Assembly (NCBI GenBank): GCA_002256025.1
Contig: NKIB01000533.1
Span: 1 to 32,140, forward strand
Direction of reading: 5' to 3'
Length of the DNA: 32,140 bases
Source: Asterionella formosa
Taxonomy: Eukaryota
Shown: one piece after another, positions 32,063-32,140 of the stretch
Layout: every line of letters starts with the position of its first letter
Numbering within the stretch: the stretch's first letter is position 1
Position numbers and translations under genes: made by a program
The notes under the pieces: model-generated
What the model saw: the letters and a program-made list of their open reading frames with translations, nothing else
Told to the model about the DNA's origin: nothing
Databases searched by the model: none

Positions 32063-32140
32063 TTCACAATGAATTTTGAACGCGAGACTGAATTAGTTGA
32101 TGTTTCAATTAATTCATTTAAAAGTTCAACTAAGATCCTG

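Noticed and set aside
1..32140. Fanzor/TnpB or other RNA-guided nuclease ORF linked to the structured RNA
   Set aside because: No RuvC-like motifs found in the ORF track or in the degenerate frames I translated.

Overview
Eukaryotic nuclear DNA, most likely from a diatom. This is inferred from compact, nearly intron-free genes, a 72-nt GT-AG intron, a bipartite plastid-type presequence and CoDi-like Copia sequence. Six apparently intact genes are present: a TPR + J-domain co-chaperone, a two-exon nucleotide-diphospho-sugar transferase, an acidic orphan protein, a 2OG-Fe(II) oxygenase-TPR protein, a USP36/42-like deubiquitinase and a small DUF3291-like protein. They are separated by decayed transposons: the 3' end of a Gypsy element, a Copia RT/RNase H remnant with its 3' LTR, an internally deleted pogo/Tigger element with both TIRs and TA duplications, and several foldback/MITE-like relics. 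Two signals are not explained by these features. (1) A ~190-nt multi-helix non-coding segment (9311-9500) has a layout resembling a compact telomerase RNA, with a CCCCAACCC candidate template. (2) TA-flanked palindromic micro-motifs (TACCGGTA, TACCWGGTA) are strongly enriched in non-coding DNA and look like DNA-transposon excision scars. All calls were made by eye, without database searches or folding software.
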